Shown: piece after piece, positions 51,620 through 62,193 of the stretch
Position numbering within the stretch: position 1 is the stretch's first letter
Layout: each line of letters opens with the position of its first letter
Assembly (NCBI GenBank): GCA_963810935.1
Contig: CAWEPK010000011.1
Location: forward strand, 66,429 to 130,428
DNA from: an uncultured delta proteobacterium
Lineage (GTDB): Bacteria > Desulfobacterota > Syntrophorhabdia > Syntrophorhabdales > WCHB1-27
Length of the DNA: 64,000 bases
Direction of reading: 5' to 3'
Program-made: the position numbers and the translations under genes
The notes under the pieces: model-generated
Seen by the model: the letters and a program-made list of their open reading frames with translations, nothing else
Databases searched by the model: none
What the model was told of the DNA's origin: nothing

Positions 51620-54572
51620 ATGGCCTCAAAACATCAGGGCAACTGGCTTCCGGTTTCTGTTGTGCTCTGCGGCGCCGTCCTATCGACATTGTTCTTCGCT
51701 GCCATGCATATATGGGAGCAAAAGCGGTCCCTGGACATTTTCAAGAATGACGCCGAAGACCATTTTCTGATTATAGAGAGGGAGATCGACCAGGATCTCC
51801 TTGTCCTCGCCTCCCTTAAAGCATTCTATGGCGCCTCGCTGAATGTTACGCGCGAAGAGTTCAGGGAGTTTGCTTCCCCTCTTCTAATGACTCACAAGAG
51901 TATCCAGGCCCTGGAATGGGTACCGAGGGTGCCTTATGCCAATCGCCCCGCTTACGAGGCACAGGCCCGCAGTGACGGTTATATCGGTTTCGGATTCAAC
52001 GAACTAGATAGCCGGTCACAAGCGGTGAGCGCGGGCGTGAGGGCCGAGTACTTCCCCGTCTACTATGTCGAGCCGTACAAAGGAAACGAACCGGCCCTGG
52101 GCTTCGATCTCGCGTCTCAGGCTACCAGGAAGAAAGCCATCGATGAATCACGCGACACCGGGGAGATAGTCGCGACAGCCAGGATCAGGCTCGTTCAGGA
52201 AAGGGGGGACCAATTCGGCTTCCTCGTATTCATGCCCGTCTATGGAAAGGGGCTGCCCATCGACTCCATCGCGGCCCGGCGTGCCGCTCTTCACGGCTTC
52301 GTCCTCGGCGTCTTCAGGGTAGGTAGTATAGTCGAGAAGTCCTTGTCGGGCCTAAAGCCGGACGCTCTTGGCATAGCCCTCTACGACGAAAGCGCCCCCA
52401 AAGCCAAGCAGTTCCTATACTACCACGCTTACGGGCAGCCAAGCGAGCCTCCCCCATCTACGAAACATGCCTACTCTAAGACCGTTGATATCGCGGGACG
52501 GCGGTGGCTCTTTACAAGCATACCTATGAATCGGGGAAAATTGGCCGAGGGCGGGTATGGCCCGTGGACCGTGCTTCTCGCAGGCTTCCTCCTGACCGCT
52601 ATCATAGCCAAATACTTCCGTGACAACGCCAAGCGTATTAGGGTCGTCGAGAACCTCGTGGCCGAGCGCAGCCGGGAGCTGGAGAAGACGAACGAAGCCC
52701 TTAAGCAGAGCGAGGCGGAGTACAGGACGATCTTCGAATCGATGGAGGATCTTTATACCCGGACAGACGCCGAAGGTATTATTAGGGTCGTCTCCCCCTC
52801 GCTCTACCGCCTTTCCGGCTTTCAGCCAGAGGAGCTTGTGGGAAGACCCGCCATCGATTTCTACGCCCAAACGGGTAGTAGAGACGCCCTCTTGGACCTT
52901 CTGGTGAAGCAAAGGCACGTAAAAGATTACGAGGTCCAGCTCAAGAAGAAGGATGGGAGCGTTCTTTCGGTCTCTGTCGGCGCCCAGGCCCTTTTCGATA
53001 GCGAGGGTCACTTCTCGGGCGTTGCAGCTGTCCTCCGTGATGTCAGCGAGCGCAAAAAACTGGAGGAGGAACGGGCAAAACTCTCGTCTGCCGTGGAACG
53101 GGCAGGCGAAGGTGTATTCATGCTGACGCTCGATAGGCGCTATAGTTATGTCAACGAGGCGTTCTGCAAGACGTATGGTTTTACCCGGGAAGAGTTGCTG
53201 GGGAATAGCACGGAAACCACCCAAAGCGATCGTCACCCGCAATCGTTCCATGACCTCATATACTCTGAGCCTCCAGGCAGGCAATACTTGGTCGGGGCGC
53301 CAGACTCGAAAGAGAAAAGACGGTGCGATAGTGGAGGCGGAAATAACTATTGCGCCAGTTCGCAATGAATCCGGGGTCATCATCCACTATGTCGGAATCA
53401 ATAGGGACATTACCGGGCAATTACGAACCGAGCAACAACTCCGCCAGTCCCACAAGATGGAGGCTATTGGCACCCTGGCGGGCGGCATCGCCCACGACTT
53501 CAACAACATACTCGCTATCATCCTTGGAAATGCGGAATTGGCGCTTGATGACACCCCCCAGGAAACAAACGGTATAAGGCACAACCTGGATGCCATATTC
53601 AAAGCAGCAAGAAGGGGCCGAGACCTGGTCAAACAGATTCTGACTTTCAGCAGAAAGAGCGAGCAGCGCCAGAAGAATCAGTCTCTCACCCCCCTTATCG
53701 AGGAATCCTTCGAGCTCCTTCGGGCCTCCATTCCTTCCACCATAGAAATGAAGCTTACCATCAACACGAAATCGGACACGGCACGGGTCAACGAAGCCCA
53801 ATTCCAACAGATAATAGTCAACCTTTGCAGCAACGCCGCTCATGCCATGCAGGAAAAAAGCGGATTGCTCGAGATGTCCCTTGAAGACGAAACGCTTCGT
53901 CTCGACGACTCTCCAAACCCCCGGCGATACTTGAAGGTCACGGTGAGTGATACGGGCACAGGCATGGACGAGGAAGTAAGGAAGAGGATATTCGACCCCT
54001 TCTTCACGACGAAGGGACCGGGAGAAGGCACCGGTATGGGTCTTGCGGTAGTCTATGGCATTGTCGAGGCCCATAACGGTCTCATCACAGTACACAGCGA
54101 ACCGGGTAAGGGTTCTTCGTTCAGCGTTTTTCTCCCGAAGGCAAGGACCGCCGCCGCCCGGACAGAAGCGCCGGAGGATGTTATTGCAGGCGGGAACGAG
54201 CGTCTCATGTTCGTAGACGATGAGGACGGCATCATAGAAATGGCGAGTCCCATGCTTGAGCGTTTAGGCTACAAGGTGGCCTCCTTCACCGACCCTGAAG
54301 CTGCCTTCGATGCGTTCGCCGAGGCCCCCGGTGATTTCGACCTCATTATTACCGACCAGACGATGCCCAAGATGACGGGCCTGGTGCTGGCCGGAAAGCT
54401 CAAGGCCATAAGGCCCGACATCCCCGTGATGCTCTGCACAGGATACAGCCAGGCGATCTCCGCCGAGACGACGAAAGCTGCGGGGATAGGGGGCTATGTC
54501 ATGAAGCCGATTGCCAGGAAGGAACTGGCCGAGGCGATACGGAAGGTGCTAGATCACGGGGGCGTTTACTGA
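51620..54572 (+). CDS. Hybrid sensor kinase CHASE-PAS-PAS-HisKA-HATPase-REC (frameshift near 53270)
   Basis: CHASE (ALEWVPRV, EYFPVYYVEP, ALGFDL), PAS repeats, GIAHDFNN, DTGTGM, GTGMGL, REC DQTMP. Confidence 0.9.
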
Positions 54573-54765
54573 TTTTTGCTCTTGATCATCGAAACCTGCC
54601 ATAATCCTGTTTCCCCTGTCCTCAAAGACCTCCTTTTTTGTGCGGACAACCGTTCTTGCGGTTCACGATGCTGCCCCGATTGACGTAAAAAAGACAGAGC
54701 CCCGGACTCCGGATTCTGCCGTACTGCCACGGGCATGCCACCCTTAGACGTAGTGTTTACGGGTA

Positions 54766-54797
54766 AAAATGGCGGAAGTGCATGGGAATCGAACCCA
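54766..54797 (-). repeat. att site: duplicated tRNA-Sec 3' end
   Basis: AAAATGGCGGAAGTGCATGGGAATCGAACCCA, identical to 60228-60259. Confidence 0.92.
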
Positions 54798-55213
54798 TGC
54801 ACAATGCCCGAAAACCCGCATAAACACTTAGTGCGAAAACGCCGTCGCACTATTTCGCACGGTAGTGTCAAATATCTTTCGCACTAGATACCCGCATGGG
54901 ACAACGATTTTCAGTCGGAAAAGTATAACTATTGTAAAATTTTCACTTCACCGGTAAGTATCAGGGACTCCAGCCAGAAGTCATTAGCAGGTTTGGCGAG
55001 GGCTTCGAATTCCGGAGCGCGTTCTCTCTGCTCGGTTTCCGGTCAGCAGCATAACGAAAGCAAAACGAGATCAAAGGTGAGGGGTGGCCGGACATTGCTC
55101 ACCCCGTCTGTACTAAGCCGTTGATCGATCTGAAAGGATGATCTTGAAATCACGATTTCTCATTCTACCGGTCTGTGTCGATATTACGACACAGCGCAAG
55201 CCTTCGATAGTTG

Positions 55214-56449
55214 TTAATCGCCCTCACACACTTCCCTAAACAGCAAATATATTGGTGAGTTCGAATTTGAGCCAACCAGTTGGACCCCAACATCACCCGT
55301 TTTCCCTTTCTTTAAATCAGCTACCGAATAAGTTCTTTTGGTACAGTTTATTAATATCGGGGCCTCGCCTACGATTTCTCCACCGGCGAGATGTCTCGTC
55401 CATACCGCAACGGTATGCTCGCGATTCTGATTAACGGTTCCATGCAATATATTCTTGGGATTTGAATCATAATCATAGTAATCATCTGTTGATTCAGCAC
55501 TGGTAGCAAAACGTCTCCAAATCTGTTGGCCAAAACCTGTATCCCCAATTCTATCACCAGCTGTGAGTACATTTTCGGTCGTTATATCTGCAATATTTAT
55601 CTTGAATTCTGGATTTTTCATCCTTCCACCTTCTGTAAGACTATCCTCCGCAATCATGCCCTTGCGGTCCCAAGTAAAATGTCCGCTAAAGTATACGGTT
55701 CTGCCGATCTCAATTTCAGCGATCTTACCATAAAGTGGGCTCGTTATTGAAATCGCATCCTTATACGTCACCATTCCTGAATTTATTTTCACATTCGCGT
55801 GATCTCCGCCTTTTGGAGTCGTTACCGAAGAGAGTACTCCGTTCCAATTAAAAATTTGAATGTGTTTGTTTGCGAACTCGGTAGACCATCCATTGGCGTC
55901 ATTGAAAATCAACGATGCCTTTGCTTCGTTTACTGCATTATGATACCGGTAGTAAAATTGTGCTTGGTTTTCCTCAAACACACTCTGTTGTTCGACGGAT
56001 TCCTTGAGTAATGCTATTTCAATACGCTTTGCTTGCTGGGCATACGGCGTATTTGAATACACTTCGATAAAGTGATGAATCTTCGAAATATCCTTCTGAG
56101 AAGCATATTTATTAAGTTCATCTTTTATTGACATGTCTTTCGCATCGTTGATAGCTTTGCGCGAAGTTTCATAGTACTTCGAATCTTTACTTACCTTATC
56201 AAAAGAATCAATTGCTTGTTGCCATGTCTTCTTATTAAAACAATTTAAGCCTTCAAAATAATAGGCGTCATCAAGATTCTTCCGCGCATCTTTATAATCT
56301 TTATCATTCTCCCGTACCTGCTCAAAATAGCCAATCGCATCTTTATAATCTTTATTTTTAAGAGCCTCATTGCCTTTTTCATACGAACTCGAACAACCAA
56401 TAAACATGATTCCGCAAAGGACTATAAGACAAGCATTTAAGCCTTTCAT
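55214..56449 (-). CDS. Lipoprotein with TPR-like repeats and a C-terminal adhesin-E-like domain
   Basis: Lipobox FIGC, repeated YKDAIGYFEQV / WQQAIDSFDKV helices, C-terminal AVW...INC..RTY...VC pattern. Confidence 0.65.
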   Translation of the reverse strand: MKGLNACLIVLCGIMFIGCSSSYEKGNEALKNKDYKDAIGYFEQVRENDKDYKDARKNLDDAYYFEGLNCFNKKTWQQAIDSFDKVSKDSKYYETSRKAINDAKDMSIKDELNKYASQKDISKIHHFIEVYSNTPYAQQAKRIEIALLKESVEQQSVFEENQAQFYYRYHNAVNEAKASLIFNDANGWSTEFANKHIQIFNWNGVLSSVTTPKGGDHANVKINSGMVTYKDAISITSPLYGKIAEIEIGRTVYFSGHFTWDRKGMIAEDSLTEGGRMKNPEFKINIADITTENVLTAGDRIGDTGFGQQIWRRFATSAESTDDYYDYDSNPKNILHGTVNQNREHTVAVWTRHLAGGEIVGEAPILINCTKRTYSVADLKKGKTGDVGVQLVGSNSNSPIYLLFREVCEGD

Positions 56450-56505
56450 GGTCCGCCCTCCCAACGCGACGGAGAAGAAGGCGTTAGCCCTGCTACGAAC
56501 CGAGG

Positions 56506-57765
56506 CTAATTCTCCATCGCCTTCCTAATCTCCTTATACGTGACCTCACTACTAACCGGCAACTCAAAGCCATCTGCAACAATCCGTGAAAGAGTCCCTG
56601 AACTGTTGAAACCGTACCTGTAGTCCCTTGTCCTGCCAGTCATTTCGTCTGTCCATTTTTGCTGCAAAACCCACATATTTCCAGATCGTATAAAAACTCT
56701 CTTTCCTTTGAGTCGTTCCGCAAAATCGACAATTCTGTAAGTTACATCGTCCCGAACAACCCAATCGAAAATCGGTATATATTGCATACCATTATAGAAC
56801 TGAATCTTTGCGATAAGAAGGTGCGCGGGTGCTCCTTTTGCGATCCATTTCTTAATGAGTGCTTGGTCCTTCTGTCTCTCGATGGCCGTTTGCCGCCTTT
56901 TTATAGCCTCTCGTAACTCGTCTTCCTTCTGCTGTTCCATAGCTATTCGAGCCTTCTCTTCTTCTTCCGCCTTTCTTTTCTGCGCCACGAATAGCTTTAA
57001 GTCGTTGGGGCTTATCTTTCCAAGACTGGCGGTGTACAAGATTGAATCACATTGGTCCTTCCTTTGCATTACTTTCAGTGGTAGGATTAAGGTGTTGCCA
57101 CTCGCTATAAAATCGTTTATGCCATATGTCGGAATCTGATTATTCATGTTCGGTACATAAAAAGTGAACCTGCAATGATCTGTCAGCTGCAATGCAAGCA
57201 TATCATTTCCGTCGGATGCGTCCTTCTGATTGAAATCCGCCGTATAAAATGAACCAACGGACGGAGGATTCCTATTTACGCCCGACTTCCTAACGTTCTC
57301 ATCAGTACATCCGCACGACTCGATATTGAACTTAATGGCCGTTGCTGTGCCCCGCACGCAAGTTGCATTATCGGCAGGTAGTGGCTGATAGGCCACGTTC
57401 GCAAGGCCATTAGCACCAAGGGCTTTAGCCTTATATCTTAATTGATCGTTTATGTCATCATTACTCGGCGAATCGGATGACCCCGACGCCGCGTTCGACG
57501 CTACACATAACGTAGCGGCAACTCCCGCAACAGGCTCGTAAGGGAGGGAGCGAGTAATTTCGCTATCGAGGTTAACTTCGCTTCGAAGTTGATCTATCTC
57601 TGATTGATTTAACTGGACTGGTTTTTCGCGGCTTTCCTGTACGGCTGAAATAAGTGCATTCCCAAGTGCTCCCAGCCAACTTTGAGCGGCACAGACAATA
57701 GGTGCACAAAGGCCGAGAATGAAAATATGGCCAGATATCAGAACAAGACCGATGCACCGCCTCAT
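56506..57765 (-). CDS. Secreted hypothetical protein with a YbjQ/RcsF-like segment and coiled coil
   Basis: Signal peptide; QLRYKAKALGANGL...GTATAI; KAEEEEKARIAMEQQ. Confidence 0.6.
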   Translation of the reverse strand: MRRCIGLVLISGHIFILGLCAPIVCAAQSWLGALGNALISAVQESREKPVQLNQSEIDQLRSEVNLDSEITRSLPYEPVAGVAATLCVASNAASGSSDSPSNDDINDQLRYKAKALGANGLANVAYQPLPADNATCVRGTATAIKFNIESCGCTDENVRKSGVNRNPPSVGSFYTADFNQKDASDGNDMLALQLTDHCRFTFYVPNMNNQIPTYGINDFIASGNTLILPLKVMQRKDQCDSILYTASLGKISPNDLKLFVAQKRKAEEEEKARIAMEQQKEDELREAIKRRQTAIERQKDQALIKKWIAKGAPAHLLIAKIQFYNGMQYIPIFDWVVRDDVTYRIVDFAERLKGKRVFIRSGNMWVLQQKWTDEMTGRTRDYRYGFNSSGTLSRIVADGFELPVSSEVTYKEIRKAMEN

Positions 57766-57866
57766 AACGCCTCCCCTGCTATGCTCATTGAGAGTCTAAT
57801 TACATTGTGTCCGCGAATTTTCTAACGCTTCTTGGTCGCCCTAATAGACTTGCCGGAAGGTTGATA

Positions 57867-58361
57867 TTAAGGTGCTCGTTTCATATCCCAGAATGCAAAT
57901 ATTAATAAGGCGACACCGATGACAAGAATCGGTATCCAGAATAACGGCGAATGCGCCGGAACAATGTGGGGCACCCAAGTAGTCACTGTCGAAGTAGAGG
58001 ATGACGTACCAGTGGCCGCTCCCGTAACCGCACCACCCGCACCTCCGAGAACGGCAGCAGTAACTATTAGAGCAGCACCTGCTGGCAAACCTATGCCAGT
58101 ACCGCAAGCTACAATGCCAACGCCGCCTATAACGGCAGCGAGTACCCCTCCGCCGACCGCACCGATACCTGCGCCGATTGCAGCGTTTCGTCCTTTTGTC
58201 GAAGGCGTCGTATCCTTGATGGTGCTTTCGATCATCTCCGTTCTTTTGGCGCTCGCCATGCATATGCCAAAACACATAACACAGGCTCCGAGTCCGACCA
58301 AAACGAATGACTTTATTCTGATCTTTTTCACGCCGCATGAAAAGGTCATGATGTTATTCAT
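57867..58361 (-). CDS. Glycine-zipper membrane protein
   Basis: AIGAGIGAVGGG...LGGAGGAVTGAATG plus terminal TM helices. Confidence 0.6.
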   Translation of the reverse strand: MNNIMTFSCGVKKIRIKSFVLVGLGACVMCFGICMASAKRTEMIESTIKDTTPSTKGRNAAIGAGIGAVGGGVLAAVIGGVGIVACGTGIGLPAGAALIVTAAVLGGAGGAVTGAATGTSSSTSTVTTWVPHIVPAHSPLFWIPILVIGVALLIFAFWDMKRAP

Positions 58362-58684
58362 CTCTTCTACACCCTACGGTAAATAGAGTCAACTGAAAAA
58401 TACAATCATACGGGTAGTATGTTTTACCCAACTGTATTTGTCCCTGTCGGATTAAACGTTCATTTTTGGGCTGGGCTGGCTGCCATGTTGTTCTTGGCAA
58501 AATCTGTTCAAAATATTGCATTTTTGGACGTTTTCACCGACAAGGGGGTGTATCACGCCGGTAAAACCATGGCTATTCCAAAATTGTCACTTTACCGACA
58601 AGGGTCAGGGATTCGATATAGAAGTTAACTACACCTCTATGCGCCAAACCTGCTAGGTAACATCCTTAATCGATCCTCTGACTT

Positions 58685-59245
58685 TTGGGAATCGACTTTT
58701 TCTTGTCTGTCATAAAAAACAGAGGTAGAATGTCAGAGGTTATTGGCCGAGTCCTGCCGCCATTTAGATTCCATGGTCTCGTCTTGAAATATAGGCGTAT
58801 ATATACACCTCGCTTTGAGCAAAAGCACCTCCATGTGATCATGTATGGACAAAGCGTCGCAGAGGTGGTGGCAAATTCTGAAGCTGTTTCGGTTATCCCG
58901 CACACGTTAATAGACAACGCCGCGAAGTACTCTCCAAATGGCGGACGTATTGAAATTGTTACTTCTGATTCTGATGAAGGTATCGACTTCTCTGTATCTT
59001 CATATGGGCCCAAGCTCCACGAACACGAGTATAGCAGACTGTTTTCTCCGTTCTATCGAGGAGAAATAGCCAGAAAATGCGAGGAAGAAGGAGCAGGATA
59101 TGGGCTTTATATTAGCCAGTTAGTGGCAAAACGACATTTGGGGACTATCATCTCGTTCGAACAGATCAACAACAAGGTCGTAGAGGGCCTCCGCTGGACG
59201 ACTTTTGAAGTTCGGATTCCTTTTAAAGCAAAGGTTCTAAGGTGA
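58685..59245 (+). pseudogene. 5'-truncated histidine kinase (HATPase_c only)
   Basis: LIDNAAKYSP, LFSPFYRG, GAGYGLYIS; no HisKA region or good start. Confidence 0.65.
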
Positions 59246-59471
59246 ACAAAAACCTGAAATACACTGAAAATAGGGGGAACACCGGCGCATTTAAATTGAA
59301 CGCCTATAGAGATTCAAAGGCGTCCTCACTCACCCATAAAGCCTTCAAAGAAAACGAATAATTATAATCTAGCCCACCGTTAATGAAATGGGTTGGCATT
59401 CGTGAATCAATCCATTATCCTTTAATAGCCTAATTGATGTTTTCATCGAATCGAGTGGGTAAGAGGGCTTT

Positions 59472-60199
59472 ATGAAGGCAGCAAAGAGAGCCGTGGTCGA
59501 GCCGGATAAGCGACGGACGGTCGCCTATCTTAGGGTATCGACTGACGGACAGGACTTAGAGAAGAACAAGGCCGATATTCTACGCCTTGCGAACGATAGG
59601 GACTTGGGCAGGGTTGAGTTCGTGGAGGAGAAGGTTAGCGGCAAAGTCTCATGGAAGAGGAAAGGAAGATAAAGACCATCATTGATGAACTACGGGCAGG
59701 GGACAACATCCTTGTGTCGGAGTTAAGTCGCTTGGGCCGCTCGATGCTGGACATCTTGCAGGTGTTGTCGATCAACAGAACCAAGGATAAGACGATACAT
59801 GAAGGTCAGGTTGTCTCCGAGTTTCTCCCATACATGGCAATCGAGCGGGAGAAGAAGAGAAAGTACGGCATCATCTCGCCATACTTCTTCGTCTATAAGA
59901 ACGGGAAGCTACCCGGTAAGAGATATACCCACACGACGCTGAACAAGATATGGAAGACAGCCTGTGAGAAAGTTGGGGAGTCAATAACGATGTATCAGGG
60001 CACAAAGCACAGCAGGGCGAGCCAGCTTGTGAACGAGGAGAAGCTCACCTTGGCCGACTTGCAGATGGCAGGGGACTGGGCTTCATCCGAAAGCGTCAAG
60101 AAGTATGCAAAGGTAGAGATGGCCACGAGGAAAAACCTGCTGGAAGGCAAGGTAACGCCGCTCAAAAAGCCGTCGCACGAAATCGCACCAGTAAGATAG
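59472..60199 (+). pseudogene. Chimera of a serine resolvase N-terminus and a tyrosine integrase C-terminus
   Basis: AYLRVST, EKVSG, VSELSRLGRS, then from about 59772 RTK...YQGTKHS...GDW...KKY. Confidence 0.75.
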
Positions 60200-60231
60200 G
60201 AGCCTAAAAGCCCTTGATATTATAGGGAAAA

Positions 60232-60327
60232 TGGCGGAAGTGCATGGGAATCGAACCCACCCACCAGCTCGTCACCGGTGCACTGGTTTTGAAGACCAGG
60301 AGGCCCACCAGGCGCCTTGGCACTTCC
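60232..60327 (-). tRNA. selC: tRNA-Sec (anticodon UCA)
   Basis: 96 nt, 8-bp acceptor stem GGAAGTGC/GCACTTCC, anticodon loop CTTCAAA, long variable arm, GGTTCGATT T-loop, encoded CCA. Confidence 0.95.
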
Positions 60328-60441
60328 GTTTGATTTGATATTTTCTCATGAATTGAGGGTCGATTTCAAGGAGGCCCCTGCCGGGCGGAGGTGCACTGCT
60401 TTAGCCGCCGCCGGTTGCTGCTCCTGTCCTGATTCGCCGGC

Positions 60442-60978
60442 TCATTCGATCAGCAGGAAGGCAAAGCGGTTCATCGCCTCGTGATAATCTTTCAGCGGCT
60501 GTATATTATAGCCAACGCTTCGGACCGTCGTATAGACGTCGATACCCATAGCGTCCGCACCGGGACGGCTTGCCCTTTTGTCCTTGAGCCCATCCGGTCG
60601 CCCGAGCACTCGTCGCACTGCCCACGCCTCGAAGCCGATAAGGAACGCCTTATAGTATCCGGCCAGAAAAACGTCCCTTTCAAGCTTCCTGAGCCTGACC
60701 GCCAGGTACCTTCCCCACGGCACGCGCTCCTTCAGGTCTTCGAACGCCATTTCGAAATGGAAGATAGCCGCCTCGTCATATTCCGAGAAGATCTCCCTGC
60801 ACTGCTCGATGGACGGGACATTGGGAGGACAGCTTCCCTTTATGCCGTATGCCGGGCAGCCGAACAGGCACCTGAGCCTGACCCACTGGGCCACCGTTAT
60901 GTCCTTTGACTTTATCCATTTGAAATCGGTAAAACCGTGGCGGGCAAACAATTCTTCGAGCGCTTCTCTTTTCGCCAT
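60442..60978 (-). CDS. DUF2284 family predicted metal-binding protein (short compensated frameshift)
   Basis: VRLRCLFGCPAYG...SCPP, LERDVFLAGYYKAF, RPGADAMGIDV; a CDEC motif lies in an alternate frame. Confidence 0.75.
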   Translation of the reverse strand: MAKREALEELFARHGFTDFKWIKSKDITVAQWVRLRCLFGCPAYGIKGSCPPNVPSIEQCREIFSEYDEAAIFHFEMAFEDLKERVPWGRYLAVRLRKLERDVFLAGYYKAFLIGFEAWAVRRVLGRPDGLKDKRASRPGADAMGIDVYTTVRSVGYNIQPLKDYHEAMNRFAFLLIE

Positions 60979-61089
60979 CTCTGCTGACCCCCGTTTTTGT
61001 TCGGCTTGAAAGCCTCTCCACACTATTGCACGAAAAGGGATGAGGGTAAAGGAAATAATCGCGGCGTGGGGCGGCCGCCCGGGGTGCTA

Positions 61090-61464
61090 TTAACGCTTGC
61101 CTATTTTGGCGGCAATGCGCCCGCCCAGCGCCTTGCATGCGTCTGAGATCAGGCCGATGTCTTTAACTTGCAAATCGTCCCAGTGGATGCCCGCGACGAC
61201 GACTGCCTTCCTGCCCAGCGTGGCGGAGAGCATTTCGGAGATCATCTTTACAGTCACGTCTTCCTTGTGGCCGGGGAAGGTAAAGACGGACGACGTAGCG
61301 CTCGTCCGGCGGGGGTCCCGAAGGCTGGGCCTGGGCGCGGCCATTGCTACGGCCCCTATGTGGACCACCCCTCCCCATATCGTGACAAGAAGGTCTTCGC
61401 CCATCTCATCGACGCGTGCAAAAATGCGGAACCGCCCCCGCTTAGCCAAAACCTAAACCCTCAT
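61090..61464 (-). CDS. LpdD/PAC4-like protein (prenylated-flavin chaperone family)
   Basis: MGEDLLVTIWGG..HIGAVA...GHKED...VVVAGIHWD. Confidence 0.65.
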
Positions 61465-61507
61465 GGCTGACCTCTACCCTTTGCCGTCTCCCCGGCGCAT
61501 ATGCGAT

Positions 61508-62152
61508 TCACAGCCTGAACCACTTGTGCTCCTCGAAACGCTCCGTGCAGCGGAGGATCCTGTTCTGGTAGTTCGCGACGAACTCCTCCTGGAGCCTCAC
61601 CGCCACGTGGCTGAATTCCTGGCTGCCCAGCATCCTGCCTATATCGACGGGGTCTTTGAAGGTAAGCTCGCCGATGACCTCGCTCACGCCGCCGAAGATC
61701 ACGTTCCACCCGCCCGTCACCTCCACGTACCCAAGGCTCTCTATCGCGGGGATATACGTGTTGATTACGAAATCGACGTATTCTTTTTCTGCGGGCCACA
61801 AGTAGTAATACTGGTTGAACTTCCAGACCCCTTTCTGTATAGCGTAGCCTTCATGGCGCACCCTGCCCGTCGGCTGAAGGAAAGCCGCCCTGTAATTGTA
61901 AACCAGGGATTTGAGCCGCCTGACCAGCTCCTTGAACTTGTTGTCCACCATTGCCCGGGACAGCCCGTCGATGCCCCCGGCGCGGTTGACTGCAACTATC
62001 CTTGGGCCGAAGCCCACCTCAACGTAGTAGCCTCCGACCGGCAGAAGACCGGCGGCCGACATCTCGGGGATGAATATATCGGTAATGAATTGCACGTACT
62101 CTTCTTCCTTCCCCTGAATGATGTCCCAGGATTGGGTGAACAGGATATCCAT
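61508..62152 (-). CDS. Hypothetical protein of two tandem NIPSNAP-like domains
   Basis: Halves align: EEEYVQFITDIFIP..GGYYVEVG vs EKEYVDFVINTYIP..GGWNVIFG. Confidence 0.65.
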   Translation of the reverse strand: MDILFTQSWDIIQGKEEEYVQFITDIFIPEMSAAGLLPVGGYYVEVGFGPRIVAVNRAGGIDGLSRAMVDNKFKELVRRLKSLVYNYRAAFLQPTGRVRHEGYAIQKGVWKFNQYYYLWPAEKEYVDFVINTYIPAIESLGYVEVTGGWNVIFGGVSEVIGELTFKDPVDIGRMLGSQEFSHVAVRLQEEFVANYQNRILRCTERFEEHKWFRL

Positions 62153-62193
62153 AGTTAGTCCTTTGCAAAAAAACGGGTACCGGACCGGCCCGC

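Larger units (their letters stand above)
54766..60259. mobile_element. Decayed integrative element (genomic island) inserted at the 3' end of tRNA-Sec
   Basis: 32-bp direct repeat at both ends, visibly AT-rich cargo, tyrosine integrase remnant next to the tRNA. Confidence 0.85.

Noticed and set aside
60232..60327. Selenoprotein genes near tRNA-Sec
   Set aside because: I found no in-frame TGA aligned to a conserved Cys with a following SECIS-like hairpin. The missing Cys motif in DUF2284 is explained by indels.
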